Shown piece after piece: positions 47,642-57,233 of a stretch of DNA of 63,567 bases (the stretch's first letter is position 1; every line of letters begins with the position of its first letter). The notes under the pieces were generated by a model that saw only the letters and a list, made by a program, of their open reading frames with translations, was not told the origin of the DNA and ran no database searches. Position numbers and translations under genes: made by a program. Source of the stretch: a virus (Duplodnaviria > Caudoviricetes); IMG/VR virus record IMGVR_UViG_3300036783_000072, positions 1 to 63,567 of that record. The stretch is one strand, 5' to 3'.

Positions 47642-48124
47642 TTATTTAGTATCTAACATCTTGTCGAACAATAAGAAGTAAATCCCATGGCGTATAGAAT
47701 CTCGCGCATGCTTCTCACCCCTTATGTACATCTTCCATTCTTTCAACTTTTCATCCGATACGAATCCCTTGGCCTGATGAGCCATTTGATTGTTGTGGGG
47801 TATCCCAAACTTGACATCACATAGGAACTCTATAACCCCCACGAGCCGTAAGGTGTATACCTCACTATTCGAATGTCGTTCTAACTTGTGTGCATATACT
47901 CGGTAGTTCTCAAAGACTACCATCGTCGGTTGGATGTCGTTAAATAGGTCGTTTATGCAATGCCATCCTTCTTCCAAAGTAGCGGCTTGACCTTGAGCCG
48001 TTAGCTTGCCCTTCTCGAATAAACTCCACCCGGTAGTATGTCCGGGGTCCAAGCACAATAGGCGTTCTGGTGGCTGAAAAGCAACCCCCCGTCGCTTATA
48101 TAATAAATCTTGGAAATCAATCAC
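47642..48124 (-). CDS. RuvC-like Holliday junction resolvase
   Basis: LCLDPG..TGWS, VFE, H..D acidic/His active-site pattern. Confidence 0.75.
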   Translation of the reverse strand: MIDFQDLLYKRRGVAFQPPERLLCLDPGHTTGWSLFEKGKLTAQGQAATLEEGWHCINDLFNDIQPTMVVFENYRVYAHKLERHSNSEVYTLRLVGVIEFLCDVKFGIPHNNQMAHQAKGFVSDEKLKEWKMYIRGEKHARDSIRHGIYFLLFDKMLDTK

Positions 48125-48312
48125 ATTACCCCACCTCTGGCTTTCACTAACTCAAAAGCTTCTTTCCTAGTGAATCCCTGCTTCTGTAAGGCCTGAAAGT
48201 TGCTCCACATCAACTCTATCTGGATATTATTGATGCACTTGATCTCTTCCTTATTGTCTTCCATGTAAGCTATCTGGGCAACCAGTTCTGTGAAGCTTGG
48301 CAATTCCGCCAT
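48121..48312 (-). CDS. Hypothetical protein
   Basis: GFT..EAF.L motif; RBS. Confidence 0.55.
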   Translation of the reverse strand: MAELPSFTELVAQIAYMEDNKEEIKCINNIQIELMWSNFQALQKQGFTRKEAFELVKARGGVM

Positions 48313-48324
48313 ATTAAATCCCCC

Positions 48325-49176
48325 TTAAATCGAATAACCATGTTTAATCAACTCAGCACGAACAGCGGCAATAACTTTCTTATGGCGTAGGCGTAGGTTC
48401 TGTGGTGTTGAATTTAATTGTACTGCCATTGCCGTGAAAGTAAGACGTTGTTGCTGAGATGTTTCCTCCGCCATGCCCATGAAGTACTTGATTTCAAGGT
48501 CACGCCATAACTCCATATTCATTCCATTACTACGTGTTCCATATTGATTGATACATGGGATAATGATATTGTAGAATAATGTGTCTACCTCAGCCTCCGC
48601 TAAGAAGTCATCCAATTCACCCTCCGCTAACATATCGTAAACCGTTTCATGACGGTCTTGAACATCCCCGTTACCCAGTTCCGTCGGGGCATCAAGCGAA
48701 TCCAAGTAGCTCGCCGCCTTAGCTTCAAACGAGTTGTTCTGTTTCTTAAAGACCGCACGGATCTCACGTTCTATGCAGAAAGCGGCGTAGTTATGGAACG
48801 GAACCCCTTTATCCAGAAGGTACGTATCCGCGGCCTTAAGGAGCCCCACACAACCGTTTTGGAACTTATCAGCATTGAAGAATCCGTACTTCTTTAACAC
48901 CTGGGTTACCAAGCGCATATTATCAACTACAATCTCGTTACGAATTTCACGGCGAGTCTCTTCATCAGGTGCATTTGACATTTTTGCTAACTTCTGCATT
49001 GTTGCGAACTTCAGTTGCTTTACCTTGTTGTCGGATAACAGGATCTCCTCTTCCTCCGCCAGCACCCGTTGGACGCGTGCCTCTGCTACCGGTTCTGTGA
49101 AGTTAATACGTGTTCCTACGCCTTCCTCAACTTTTACCACTGCTACCATTTCTGCTTCTACGATTACGTTTGTCAT
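48325..49176 (-). CDS. Sigma-70 family factor, sporulation type (SigE/SigK-like)
   Basis: RNEIVVDNMRLV..V.KKY, G.VGLLKA.DTY..DKG..F..YAAFCIEREI, SLD, region-4-like HTH; GGAGG RBS before ATG 49176. Confidence 0.85.
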   Translation of the reverse strand: MTNVIVEAEMVAVVKVEEGVGTRINFTEPVAEARVQRVLAEEEEILLSDNKVKQLKFATMQKLAKMSNAPDEETRREIRNEIVVDNMRLVTQVLKKYGFFNADKFQNGCVGLLKAADTYLLDKGVPFHNYAAFCIEREIRAVFKKQNNSFEAKAASYLDSLDAPTELGNGDVQDRHETVYDMLAEGELDDFLAEAEVDTLFYNIIIPCINQYGTRSNGMNMELWRDLEIKYFMGMAEETSQQQRLTFTAMAVQLNSTPQNLRLRHKKVIAAVRAELIKHGYSI

Positions 49177-49246
49177 TTGAATTCCTCCATTAGTCCCTAT
49201 CACATAAGAAAGTTTCTCTTTTGTAATGGCTTGTTATTATTTAACT

Positions 49247-49263
49247 CTATAATTAATTATAAC
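49247..49263 (-). promoter_or_regulatory. Class-A (SigA-like -10) promoter of the sigma gene
   Basis: GTTATAATTAATTATAG, same motif as the end-region cassettes. Confidence 0.65.
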
Positions 49264-49332
49264 CGATATCTTTGAAAATCACACGTAATATTTTCAATTA
49301 TAGCGAAAGAATTTTTCACAGGGACGGACGGG

Positions 49333-50106
49333 TTATTCTTCAAACTCCGTAGGGTGAGCATCTATGTATCGCTCAGCCAAAGCAAGTATACCATCTACTT
49401 GATCTGCTTTAAGTTCACGGGCATCTTTCTCACGGGTCAAGTTGCAATTAGCATGTGTAGACGCAATGTTGGTAAAGCAATCTAGGCCTCCCTGAACTAC
49501 AGGAACAACATGGTCCAGATGCAAACTCTTACCTGAAATATCTTCGATGGGTTTAGTACATAGATAGCAGATAGGTGCTCCATGCCCAGCAAACTCCCCA
49601 TCACGGCGGATGATCTGTTCTCTCGTATACGGAATGCCTGCGTTCTCTGCTAGAGACTTATGTCGCTTAGCATGTGCTCTTGCCATCACCTTTTTGCCCT
49701 TCTTAGAGCTTACGTAAGCCTTATGCTTTGCCGTGAGTTCTTCTTTGTTCTCCTGATAGTACTTACGTGCTGCTGCCTGTTTGGCTTCCTTGTTCTCTTG
49801 GTAGTACTTCTTGTGATTACGAGAGTTCTTGGTCTTCTTGTACGACTTTTGTGCAGTCTGTTTCTGACATTCCTTACAAGAGCCCGACGTATTAGTCTTA
49901 CTATCTTTGTTCTTGTTGAACAGATAGAACTTCAGTGCTTCTCCACATTTACCACAGCGTTTGTAGCCTTCTGGGATTTCGCTATCTTTTTCCACAGGTC
50001 CGATGTTGTCCTTGGCTTTAAGGTAGGCGTCTGCACTAGCTTTGTCAAACTGCAAGCCTGCATCTTCTGCACGTTGCAACATCGTTTCCATTATTAAAAC
50101 TTCCAT
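49333..50106 (-). CDS. HNH endonuclease with N-terminal Zn finger
   Basis: CGKC..CKEC; CYLC..DHVVP..GG..N....H..CN. Confidence 0.85.
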   Translation of the reverse strand: MEVLIMETMLQRAEDAGLQFDKASADAYLKAKDNIGPVEKDSEIPEGYKRCGKCGEALKFYLFNKNKDSKTNTSGSCKECQKQTAQKSYKKTKNSRNHKKYYQENKEAKQAAARKYYQENKEELTAKHKAYVSSKKGKKVMARAHAKRHKSLAENAGIPYTREQIIRRDGEFAGHGAPICYLCTKPIEDISGKSLHLDHVVPVVQGGLDCFTNIASTHANCNLTREKDARELKADQVDGILALAERYIDAHPTEFEE

Positions 50107-50161
50107 GACTCGTTCCTCCTATTAGGTCTATTATCTGGCATCTCTCCTGCGAGAGTATAAT

Positions 50162-50187
50162 AAAAGGCCGATCCGAAGATCGACCCT
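50162..50187 (-). terminator. Intrinsic terminator after the triple-HTH gene
   Basis: GGTCGATC-TTCG-GATCGGCC followed by T run. Confidence 0.75.
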
Positions 50188-50196
50188 GGATTATTA

Positions 50197-51051
50197 TTAG
50201 TCGTTATAAACTGAAGTATCTTCAGTCGATTCTACTGCTAATGAACCTTCTTCAACTTCCTCTTCGACTTTAACCTCAAGTTCAAGTAATTGTTCGATTA
50301 AAAGGTTGAATGATTCTGTATCAACTACTAATTCGCCCAATTTCTTGATGCGGTTGATACCGTCTGTGTACTTGTCTTCGTCAGACTTAAGTACTTTTAA
50401 TGCACTCCATACAACCGGGTAATCAACTTCAAGTTCTTTCGCAATATCGGCACGTGATTTACCTTCTGCGAATAATACGCGGATGTACTCACTACGAGAA
50501 AGTGTTTCGCCGTTATACTCAATTTCATGACGTGCAGATGCCCCAGCAACTTCTTTTGTGATTCCGTAAACAACACCGTAAGAAACGTCTAATTTCTTAG
50601 CAACGTCACCACGAGATACGCCTGCTTCAACTTGCTCTTTGATCCAAGTGTTACGATCAACTTCAACAACTTCGCCTTCGTAAGCTTCTTCGCCGATTAG
50701 GTAGCCAGCGGATTCATCACCAGTTACTACATCACCTTCAGGTGTTACAAGGATCTTAACTTGTGCTGCTGAACGACCACGTGTAGCAGGTTCTGCTTCG
50801 TTAACCATGTTAACTGTAGCACCATAAACTGTGCGGTAGTTGATATCGAATTGATCTGCAATTTCTTTGCGAGATAAGTTATTGTCCGTGAATTGGTGAC
50901 GGATGAATTCTGATTTAGATACTTCAGTTCCATCTGCAAGTGTCCATACACGCGTATCCTTTGCTTCTGCTGCTGCTTCCTCTGTTGACGGTGCTGCAGT
51001 CACATCTACTACTTCTGTTCCTTCTACTTGCTCGAATTGTTCGTTTGACAT
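50197..51051 (-). CDS. Acidic protein with three tandem HTH repeats
   Basis: SRKEIADQFDINYRTVY, SRGDVAKKLDVSYGVVY, SRADIAKELEVDYPVVW. Confidence 0.75.
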   Translation of the reverse strand: MSNEQFEQVEGTEVVDVTAAPSTEEAAAEAKDTRVWTLADGTEVSKSEFIRHQFTDNNLSRKEIADQFDINYRTVYGATVNMVNEAEPATRGRSAAQVKILVTPEGDVVTGDESAGYLIGEEAYEGEVVEVDRNTWIKEQVEAGVSRGDVAKKLDVSYGVVYGITKEVAGASARHEIEYNGETLSRSEYIRVLFAEGKSRADIAKELEVDYPVVWSALKVLKSDEDKYTDGINRIKKLGELVVDTESFNLLIEQLLELEVKVEEEVEEGSLAVESTEDTSVYND

Positions 51052-51115
51052 TATGGTTTCCTCCCAGGAAATGATTTATTTTTATTATTTAGGTGCAAGT
51101 GTTATTATTACTTGC

Positions 51116-51155
51116 TCTATATTTATATAATATGAATTTGCAAAATGAATTGAAA
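51116..51155 (-). promoter_or_regulatory. Class-B phage promoter
   Basis: TTTCAA-N17-TATTATATAAATATAGA. Confidence 0.8.
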
Positions 51156-51454
51156 CAAATAATGAAAAATAATTGAAAAAGATTTTGATCTGGTTTCCTT
51201 GGCGAAAGTGAACGTAATTCGCACCTAGGTTCGCGGCTCAAGCCATACCCCACCCTGGTACGGAAGCCTCGCAGCAAGCTGTGTTATAAACGGCTTTGCC
51301 ACTATTTGGGAAAGCCCCGCGAACAACTTAGGCATCTCTCCGCGAATACATTTATGGGACAAGATAACCACAGCTAAAAAATTGCCATATATAAATAAGG
51401 AAGAGATTCAGCATTTTTAGGGGATTATCTCCAAAAAGAAATTTTCATTATTTG

Positions 51455-51494
51455 TTTCATTCTAAAATCAATTTGTATATTATATAAATATAAG
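51455..51494 (+). promoter_or_regulatory. Class-B phage promoter (divergent from 51116..51155)
   Basis: TTTCAT-N17-TATTATATAAATATAAG. Confidence 0.8.
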
Positions 51495-51515
51495 CTATTT
51501 AATAGCTGGTAGGAG

Positions 51516-51710
51516 GTGAATATGTTCATGGAATCGAAAGTGCAACCAGAAGACATTGAAGAGTTGGGTACAAAAATGTTAGGGGCTCAAGTTGAAGAAG
51601 ACGTATATCGGAAGTTTAAAGCAGTTGCAGCAATGCGCGGAGAAATGTTAAAGGATGCTGTAGCTCATGCAGCACACATGTACATCGGAGCAGGAGGGGA
51701 AAATAAATGA
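51516..51710 (+). CDS. Ribbon-helix-helix DNA-binding protein
   Basis: KMLGAQV strand, EEDVYRKFKAVAA helix, G, LKDAV..YI helix. Confidence 0.6.
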   Translation: MNMFMESKVQPEDIEELGTKMLGAQVEEDVYRKFKAVAAMRGEMLKDAVAHAAHMYIGAGGENK

Positions 51711-52741
51711 CCACATTAGATAGTATTGCAGAATTTGCTGCTACTGTAGGGATTATGAAGCCTAACGCTCCTAAAAAGGGTGATAAGAAGGCAGAAGCTA
51801 AGTTGGATGCTTTGTTAGACAGTCCAGATTATATCATTGAAGAGAAGGTGGATGGCTGTCGTTATAAATTAGTAGGTGAACGTTTCTTCAGTAAGGATAA
51901 TAAGGAAAAGACATTGAATTTTCCGCATGTCGTTAAGTTCCTAAAGCAATTACGTATGAAGAACCTTATTCTTGATGGGGAAATGCATTATCCAGGCAAG
52001 ACAAGTCAATATGCAGTATCGGTTACTGGTGCTAATACAGATAACGCTATAGCCTTCCAAGAACAGAATGGATATATTCATTATACTATTTATGACATCT
52101 TACGCACACCTAAATCATCATGGCTTATCAAGAATACGTACTTAGAAAGACGTAAGTTACTTGAACACTTCTATGAGAAGTTCGTTATGGGAACGGAGAT
52201 GGAAGAATTTATTCATATTTCCGAGATGCGTCATGAAGGTAAGCGTGAATACGTAGAAGATCTTATTGCTCGTGGATTAGAGGGTGGTGTACTTAAGCAA
52301 AAGACAAGTCTTTACATGATGGGTAAAAGTCCTATGTGGCAATGGATGAAGATTAAAAAAGCTGATTCAACGGACCTAGTGATTATGGGTTTCTTACCAG
52401 GTAAGAAGGATTATGAAGGTAAGGAATTGTCATCCTGGAAGTACTGGGAAGATGATCCAGTTACTAACGAGCCTATTCCAGTAACAAAAGCTTATGCTAT
52501 GGGCTGGATTGGTCGAATTATATTAGGGGCTTATGTAGATGGTACGCTTACAAAGATTTGTACCGCAGCAGGCTTCAAGGAGTCATTGCAAGAAGACATG
52601 ACAAACAATCCGGATAGTTATATCGGAAGAGTTGCTCGTGTTGACTTCATGGAATTAACAACTGATGGATTTCCTCGCCATCCAACCTTTAAGGATATGC
52701 ATGAAGATAAAATGCCGGAGGAATGTACTTGGGAGTTTTAA
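51707..52741 (+). CDS. ATP-dependent DNA ligase
   Basis: EKVDG.R, LDGEM, YD, EGGVLK, WMKIK, RHP.F. Confidence 0.9.
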   Translation: MTTLDSIAEFAATVGIMKPNAPKKGDKKAEAKLDALLDSPDYIIEEKVDGCRYKLVGERFFSKDNKEKTLNFPHVVKFLKQLRMKNLILDGEMHYPGKTSQYAVSVTGANTDNAIAFQEQNGYIHYTIYDILRTPKSSWLIKNTYLERRKLLEHFYEKFVMGTEMEEFIHISEMRHEGKREYVEDLIARGLEGGVLKQKTSLYMMGKSPMWQWMKIKKADSTDLVIMGFLPGKKDYEGKELSSWKYWEDDPVTNEPIPVTKAYAMGWIGRIILGAYVDGTLTKICTAAGFKESLQEDMTNNPDSYIGRVARVDFMELTTDGFPRHPTFKDMHEDKMPEECTWEF

Positions 52742-52761
52742 GTTAGGGGGAATGAAGCGCT

Positions 52762-55386
52762 GTGTTAGATAGAAATGAGCAATTAAGACGGATGAATGAT
52801 GCAATTGATGAATATGTAGGTTTAGGCTTACCCATCATTCCTTTGTGTTCGCATGATCATGAGGGTTACTCGAAGAGACATATAGAAACGTGTAACCAAG
52901 CAGGTAAGATACCTCTAATCAAAGGTTGGCAAACGCATCAGGAAACAAACAAAGCACAGATAGGTTCTTGGAAACGAGAATTCAAAAATATCAACATCGG
53001 TCTTCCGTTAGGTCATATCTCAGGTTACATAGGTGTTGACGTTGATGGTCTAGCGGGTGAAGATATCTTATTGGAATTATCCGATGGGGAAATTCCAGAA
53101 ACTTGGGAATATGTTACAGGTGCAGGACGTCGTTTAATGTACACTATTCCAATCGGCATGAAAACTAAGAAGTCTGTCAATACAGGAGCAGGAGTTCATG
53201 AAGAATGTTCTATTCTTGCTTTCGGACAGCAAACAGTATTACCTCCATCAATACATCATACAGGACGTTTGTATGAGTGGTTAGCGGATAGATCTCCAAG
53301 TGAGATAGATTGTGCGCCTGCTCCAGGGTGGTTGTTAGCTTTAGTAAAAGAAGATGAGGTGGCTCCTGCACGAGGCACTGTAGATTTGAATAGCAGTGAT
53401 CCTGTCTTTGTGGTAGAAAAGAAGAAAGAAATAAATCCTATTCTCGTTACTAAGGATTCGATTCCATTGGAGTTTATCGACTATTTCGATATTCCATTAG
53501 ATACCGAAAAGCCTTCAGATGATTATCAAGGACAGAAAGCAGTAGCACAGGAAAAGAAAAAGAAAGCTGGTATGTCTGAAGAAGAGTTAATGCAAGTCTT
53601 CTCAGAGGGTGGTCGTGATAATCAGATGGCCAAAGTTATTGGTCACTTCTGTGCAAAGCATCGTTCATTAGGTAAGAACTATGTAATGCTCATGGCTAAA
53701 GTACACAATCAAAACTTCATGGTACCTCCGTTATCCGATGCTGAGATAGAAGTTAAGGTAAATCACTTCTGGGAAAATGAAGAAATGAAATCAGCCGCTT
53801 ATAAAACGCAACGCCTTGATGGAGGGGAAAATAAAGTATTTGCACCTTCCCAAGTGGCTCAAGTAGTTATCAATCAACTAGAAGAGAAAGGTTATCTTCT
53901 TAAGGCTGATAAAACTAGTGGCTTCTTATGGATGACTAAAGCAGACGAAGGTCCTTGGATGTCCTATGATTTACAAGGTTCCGCTGATGGTTTTGCACTA
54001 CACATTTCGGATGCATTGGAGAATCCATCATTAGGAGGTAATCCAGCTTGGGGCGTGCGACGTAACTTTGGTGAGGTTGCAGCAGCCATTCTTCGTCATC
54101 TACGAGCAGCTGGGCGTTTCTGGACTATTGTAGATACAGAAGCCAATACACAGTCTCTTAAGGATCATAAGTATATTCCATTAGCGAAAGGTCGTTTATT
54201 AGAATGGAGAACTGGACAATTACATCCATGGATTCCAGATTCTAATATTACGTACACATTACCTATTGAATATGATCCTAACGCAAAATGTCCAGAATGG
54301 GAACGTCGTATGAATCAATGGTTACCTGATAAGGGAGCACAGAACATCATTCAAGAGTTTATAGGTTATTCTTTTGTTCCTTATATGGGATTTGAGAAAG
54401 CTCTAATGATTCAGGGTGAGGGAGCAAACGGTAAGTCAATGCTTCTTGAAACTATCTCAGGTATGATGGGTTCATCATTCTGTTCGTCTATTGGTATGAA
54501 ACATCTTTTCCAACGATTTGGAGCTTATCGACTTTTAGGTAAGGGATTGAATATAGTAAATGAAGCTGGTGCTGATTACTTAAGAAATGACACAGCAGAT
54601 GACTTCAAGAACATGGTATCCGGTGGAGCAATGACGGCAGATATTAAGAACAAAGAACCTATCACGTTCAATAACACTGCTAAGTTTATCTTCTCAGCCA
54701 ATCATGATATCAAGACGAGTGATAAGTCAGCTGGTTGGCTTCGTCGTATGATTCTTGTTCCATTTGATCAGGATTTCCGTAATAGTAAAGAATCCAAGGC
54801 AGATATGATGGATGCATTAGCTACGGAATACTCCGGTATCTTCAACTGGGCAATAAAGGGTCTTCATCGTCTTCTAGAGCAGGGTGCTTTTAGTGAGTCG
54901 CAATCTGTTAAGGACAAGATGAAGTCATATGAAACACAAAATGATATCGCTGCCGACTTCTTCGAACATTGCCTAGAGATTCGTCCTAAGTTCGCTGTTG
55001 ATGGGGAAGCATATGAAATGGGTGTTGCTAGCTCAGCAGTTAACGATTTATTCAAACAGTTTGCCGCATATAGAAGTTCTGACCTGAAGAAGGTAAACGA
55101 AAAGATCAAACAGTACTTGGAAAAGACACATGGACTGAAAGCATTACGTAAGGATGTTAAATATCTTACAATGACCGATGCGAAGAAAACATCTGGATGG
55201 ATGTCTCTTAAAGTGCATGTAACAGATCCTGATTTCCTGGAGTGGTTATTAGAAACTGGAAATATTATGGAATTGTCCCAAGCTAAGTTACGAAACTATG
55301 TTGGTGATCGCTTAGAGGAACTTAATGGGGAAGACAGTCCTCCAACACCTCCAAGAACAATCAACATGGAAACAATAGCACAGTAA
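52762..55386 (+). CDS. PrimPol (AEP) - PriCT - D5/SF3 helicase fusion
   Basis: GK.P, NIG, VDVD, VLPPS.H; EGGRDN; QEFIGY, GEGANGKS, SAN, RR..LVPF. Confidence 0.9.
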   Translation: MLDRNEQLRRMNDAIDEYVGLGLPIIPLCSHDHEGYSKRHIETCNQAGKIPLIKGWQTHQETNKAQIGSWKREFKNINIGLPLGHISGYIGVDVDGLAGEDILLELSDGEIPETWEYVTGAGRRLMYTIPIGMKTKKSVNTGAGVHEECSILAFGQQTVLPPSIHHTGRLYEWLADRSPSEIDCAPAPGWLLALVKEDEVAPARGTVDLNSSDPVFVVEKKKEINPILVTKDSIPLEFIDYFDIPLDTEKPSDDYQGQKAVAQEKKKKAGMSEEELMQVFSEGGRDNQMAKVIGHFCAKHRSLGKNYVMLMAKVHNQNFMVPPLSDAEIEVKVNHFWENEEMKSAAYKTQRLDGGENKVFAPSQVAQVVINQLEEKGYLLKADKTSGFLWMTKADEGPWMSYDLQGSADGFALHISDALENPSLGGNPAWGVRRNFGEVAAAILRHLRAAGRFWTIVDTEANTQSLKDHKYIPLAKGRLLEWRTGQLHPWIPDSNITYTLPIEYDPNAKCPEWERRMNQWLPDKGAQNIIQEFIGYSFVPYMGFEKALMIQGEGANGKSMLLETISGMMGSSFCSSIGMKHLFQRFGAYRLLGKGLNIVNEAGADYLRNDTADDFKNMVSGGAMTADIKNKEPITFNNTAKFIFSANHDIKTSDKSAGWLRRMILVPFDQDFRNSKESKADMMDALATEYSGIFNWAIKGLHRLLEQGAFSESQSVKDKMKSYETQNDIAADFFEHCLEIRPKFAVDGEAYEMGVASSAVNDLFKQFAAYRSSDLKKVNEKIKQYLEKTHGLKALRKDVKYLTMTDAKKTSGWMSLKVHVTDPDFLEWLLETGNIMELSQAKLRNYVGDRLEELNGEDSPPTPPRTINMETIAQ

Positions 55387-55391
55387 TAGTT

Positions 55392-55438
55392 AGGATCTGT
55401 ATGAGCGTTGGCCAGGCTCGTACAGGTCCTTTCTTTTT
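55392..55438 (+). terminator. Intrinsic terminator after primase-helicase
   Basis: AGGATCTGTATGAGC/GCTCGTACAGGTCCT stem followed by T-rich tail. Confidence 0.8.
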
Positions 55439-55525
55439 GCACTTTTTCGGGAAGCCAAGATGAAGGTAGAGTCATTAAAAAGATAAATAAAAGGTAAATC
55501 TTTTCAAATTAATTTTCAGTATTTA

Positions 55526-55565
55526 GTTCAATTCATTTTCAATTTGTATATTATATAAATATAAG
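55526..55565 (+). promoter_or_regulatory. Class-B phage promoter
   Basis: GTTCAA-N17-TATTATATAAATATAAG. Confidence 0.8.
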
Positions 55566-55621
55566 CAAAAGAAATAAAGAAGCTTATACATCCTACATAT
55601 ATAATAGGGGGAATTGTAATC

Positions 55622-55894
55622 ATGTCCACGAAAAATGGTGAACTATCATTATTGTCTGAAGAGGGTATGGAATACATTAAAGCTATGAAACAGGGGAAAT
55701 ACGAAGGAAAGGCTTACATGCCTAAAAAGAAGATTCTTGGTTCTTTCGGCTTTGTAGATGAACGGGTAGCTCCTAAGTTCGTATGGGTAGTTAATTTAAG
55801 AAAAGATCGTCGTCATGGGGTTGTTGACGTTCCTGAACCATTGAGTCCTTATGGTAAAAATTTATTAGAAGGGATGTTTAAGAATTGGGATTAA
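55622..55894 (+). CDS. Hypothetical protein
   Basis: AGGGGG RBS after the promoter. Confidence 0.6.
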   Translation: MSTKNGELSLLSEEGMEYIKAMKQGKYEGKAYMPKKKILGSFGFVDERVAPKFVWVVNLRKDRRHGVVDVPEPLSPYGKNLLEGMFKNWD

Positions 55895-56169
55895 CGGATC
55901 TTATGTTTGTATCATCTAGAAAACCAGCCAATCCATTACAGAAACGTTTTGGAACTACCTTAGCAGGTCTTCTTAAGTTACGTAAAGAGAATCCAGACAG
56001 TGGTCTTATCTCTGAAGAATGGCGCGTTGAGTATATTGAACCTACGTACGGTCAAATCAAGAAGCTACAGGATAATAACTGTAGAATCTACTTTCGAGAC
56101 GAACGCGGTACTTTCTATCATGTAGCCGGTTCGGATAACTTATTGCATTTGCATCGTGTGTATCTTTAG
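55885..56169 (+). CDS. Hypothetical protein
   Basis: Coupled ORF. Confidence 0.55.
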   Translation: MGLTDLMFVSSRKPANPLQKRFGTTLAGLLKLRKENPDSGLISEEWRVEYIEPTYGQIKKLQDNNCRIYFRDERGTFYHVAGSDNLLHLHRVYL

Positions 56170-56210
56170 TCTTGTGAAGTAATTGATAACCTTGAGGGGA
56201 GGTGGACAAC

Positions 56211-56375
56211 ATGACACACAATACTGAAAAGGTACTCAATGCAGTTGGTTTTATGGAACCCAAGAGCAAAGCAAATGTGTTGAGTCTTTCAAATGCACTT
56301 GCTGAAGTGATAAAAGATAATGAAGCTTTTCGTGCTCGTAGGCACGCTGAACGTGAGGTGTATAAAGAACGATAG
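56211..56375 (+). CDS. 54-aa hypothetical protein (not in ORF track)
   Basis: GGAGGT RBS; MTHNTEK...VYKER*. Confidence 0.6.
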   Translation: MTHNTEKVLNAVGFMEPKSKANVLSLSNALAEVIKDNEAFRARRHAEREVYKER

Positions 56376-56453
56376 GCCTTATTAATTAGAACATTTCAGG
56401 TACTCGTAAATCTGATGCGAGTACCTTTATTATAATCCTAGGAGGAGACAATT

Positions 56454-56906
56454 ATGTCAAACACAAATACATTCGTAGCGGTAGTAGAGTTCATCAAGGA
56501 ACAGGGGTACAATCAACACAAGCATTATGATTTCCTATGTAACCTTCCAGTTAAGTCAGGTAACATCGTGGTAGTCGATACAGTGAATGGCTTGCAATTA
56601 GCTGAAGTTGTAGGTATTAAGAATTCATCAGGTAGAGCAGCTAAGTGGGTAGTTGATAAGGTTAATGTAGAAGCACATCAACAACGTATTGCGGCTGAAC
56701 AAGCACGAGCTAAGCTACTAACGCAGATGCGTGCACAAGCTAAGAAGGCTAGTGAATTAGAACAGTTCGAACGTATTGCACAGACTGATCCAACTATGGC
56801 ACAAATGTTAGTATTGTTCAAGCAGGCGGATGAGCAATCAGCTTCGGTAGTTAATAACTGGATTCCGAATACAATCAACCTTATGGAAGTCGAGGAGATA
56901 AAGTAA
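56454..56906 (+). CDS. Hypothetical protein
   Basis: AGGAGG RBS; beta-rich N-terminus and coiled coil. Confidence 0.7.
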   Translation: MSNTNTFVAVVEFIKEQGYNQHKHYDFLCNLPVKSGNIVVVDTVNGLQLAEVVGIKNSSGRAAKWVVDKVNVEAHQQRIAAEQARAKLLTQMRAQAKKASELEQFERIAQTDPTMAQMLVLFKQADEQSASVVNNWIPNTINLMEVEEIK

Positions 56907-57157
56907 TGAAAACTCTTAAGTTCCAGCTGAGCGTCAATCTAAATGCTGATGTTGAATGGATAATCAAGCCATTCGAGGAGCAAGAGCTCTTGGAGGCACA
57001 ACAGCAAATGCACGAAGAGTTGGCACAATATCAAGTGTTAATGGTGGAAAAGGCTAAAGCGGAGATCGAGAAGCAAGCAGAGCTCATAAAGAAGCGAATT
57101 GACCTAGTAACACAGGAAATGTTAACAAAGGAGGATGATTCTGATGGCGACAATTGA
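56906..57157 (+). CDS. Hypothetical coiled-coil protein
   Basis: TAATG coupling. Confidence 0.6.
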   Translation: MKTLKFQLSVNLNADVEWIIKPFEEQELLEAQQQMHEELAQYQVLMVEKAKAEIEKQAELIKKRIDLVTQEMLTKEDDSDGDN

Positions 57158-57233
57158 TGCCTTAGAGTTCGATATACAACAGTATGATAAAAACCTGAGA
57201 GGGAAGGAATGATATTTGTAGCCGTCGTAATTA

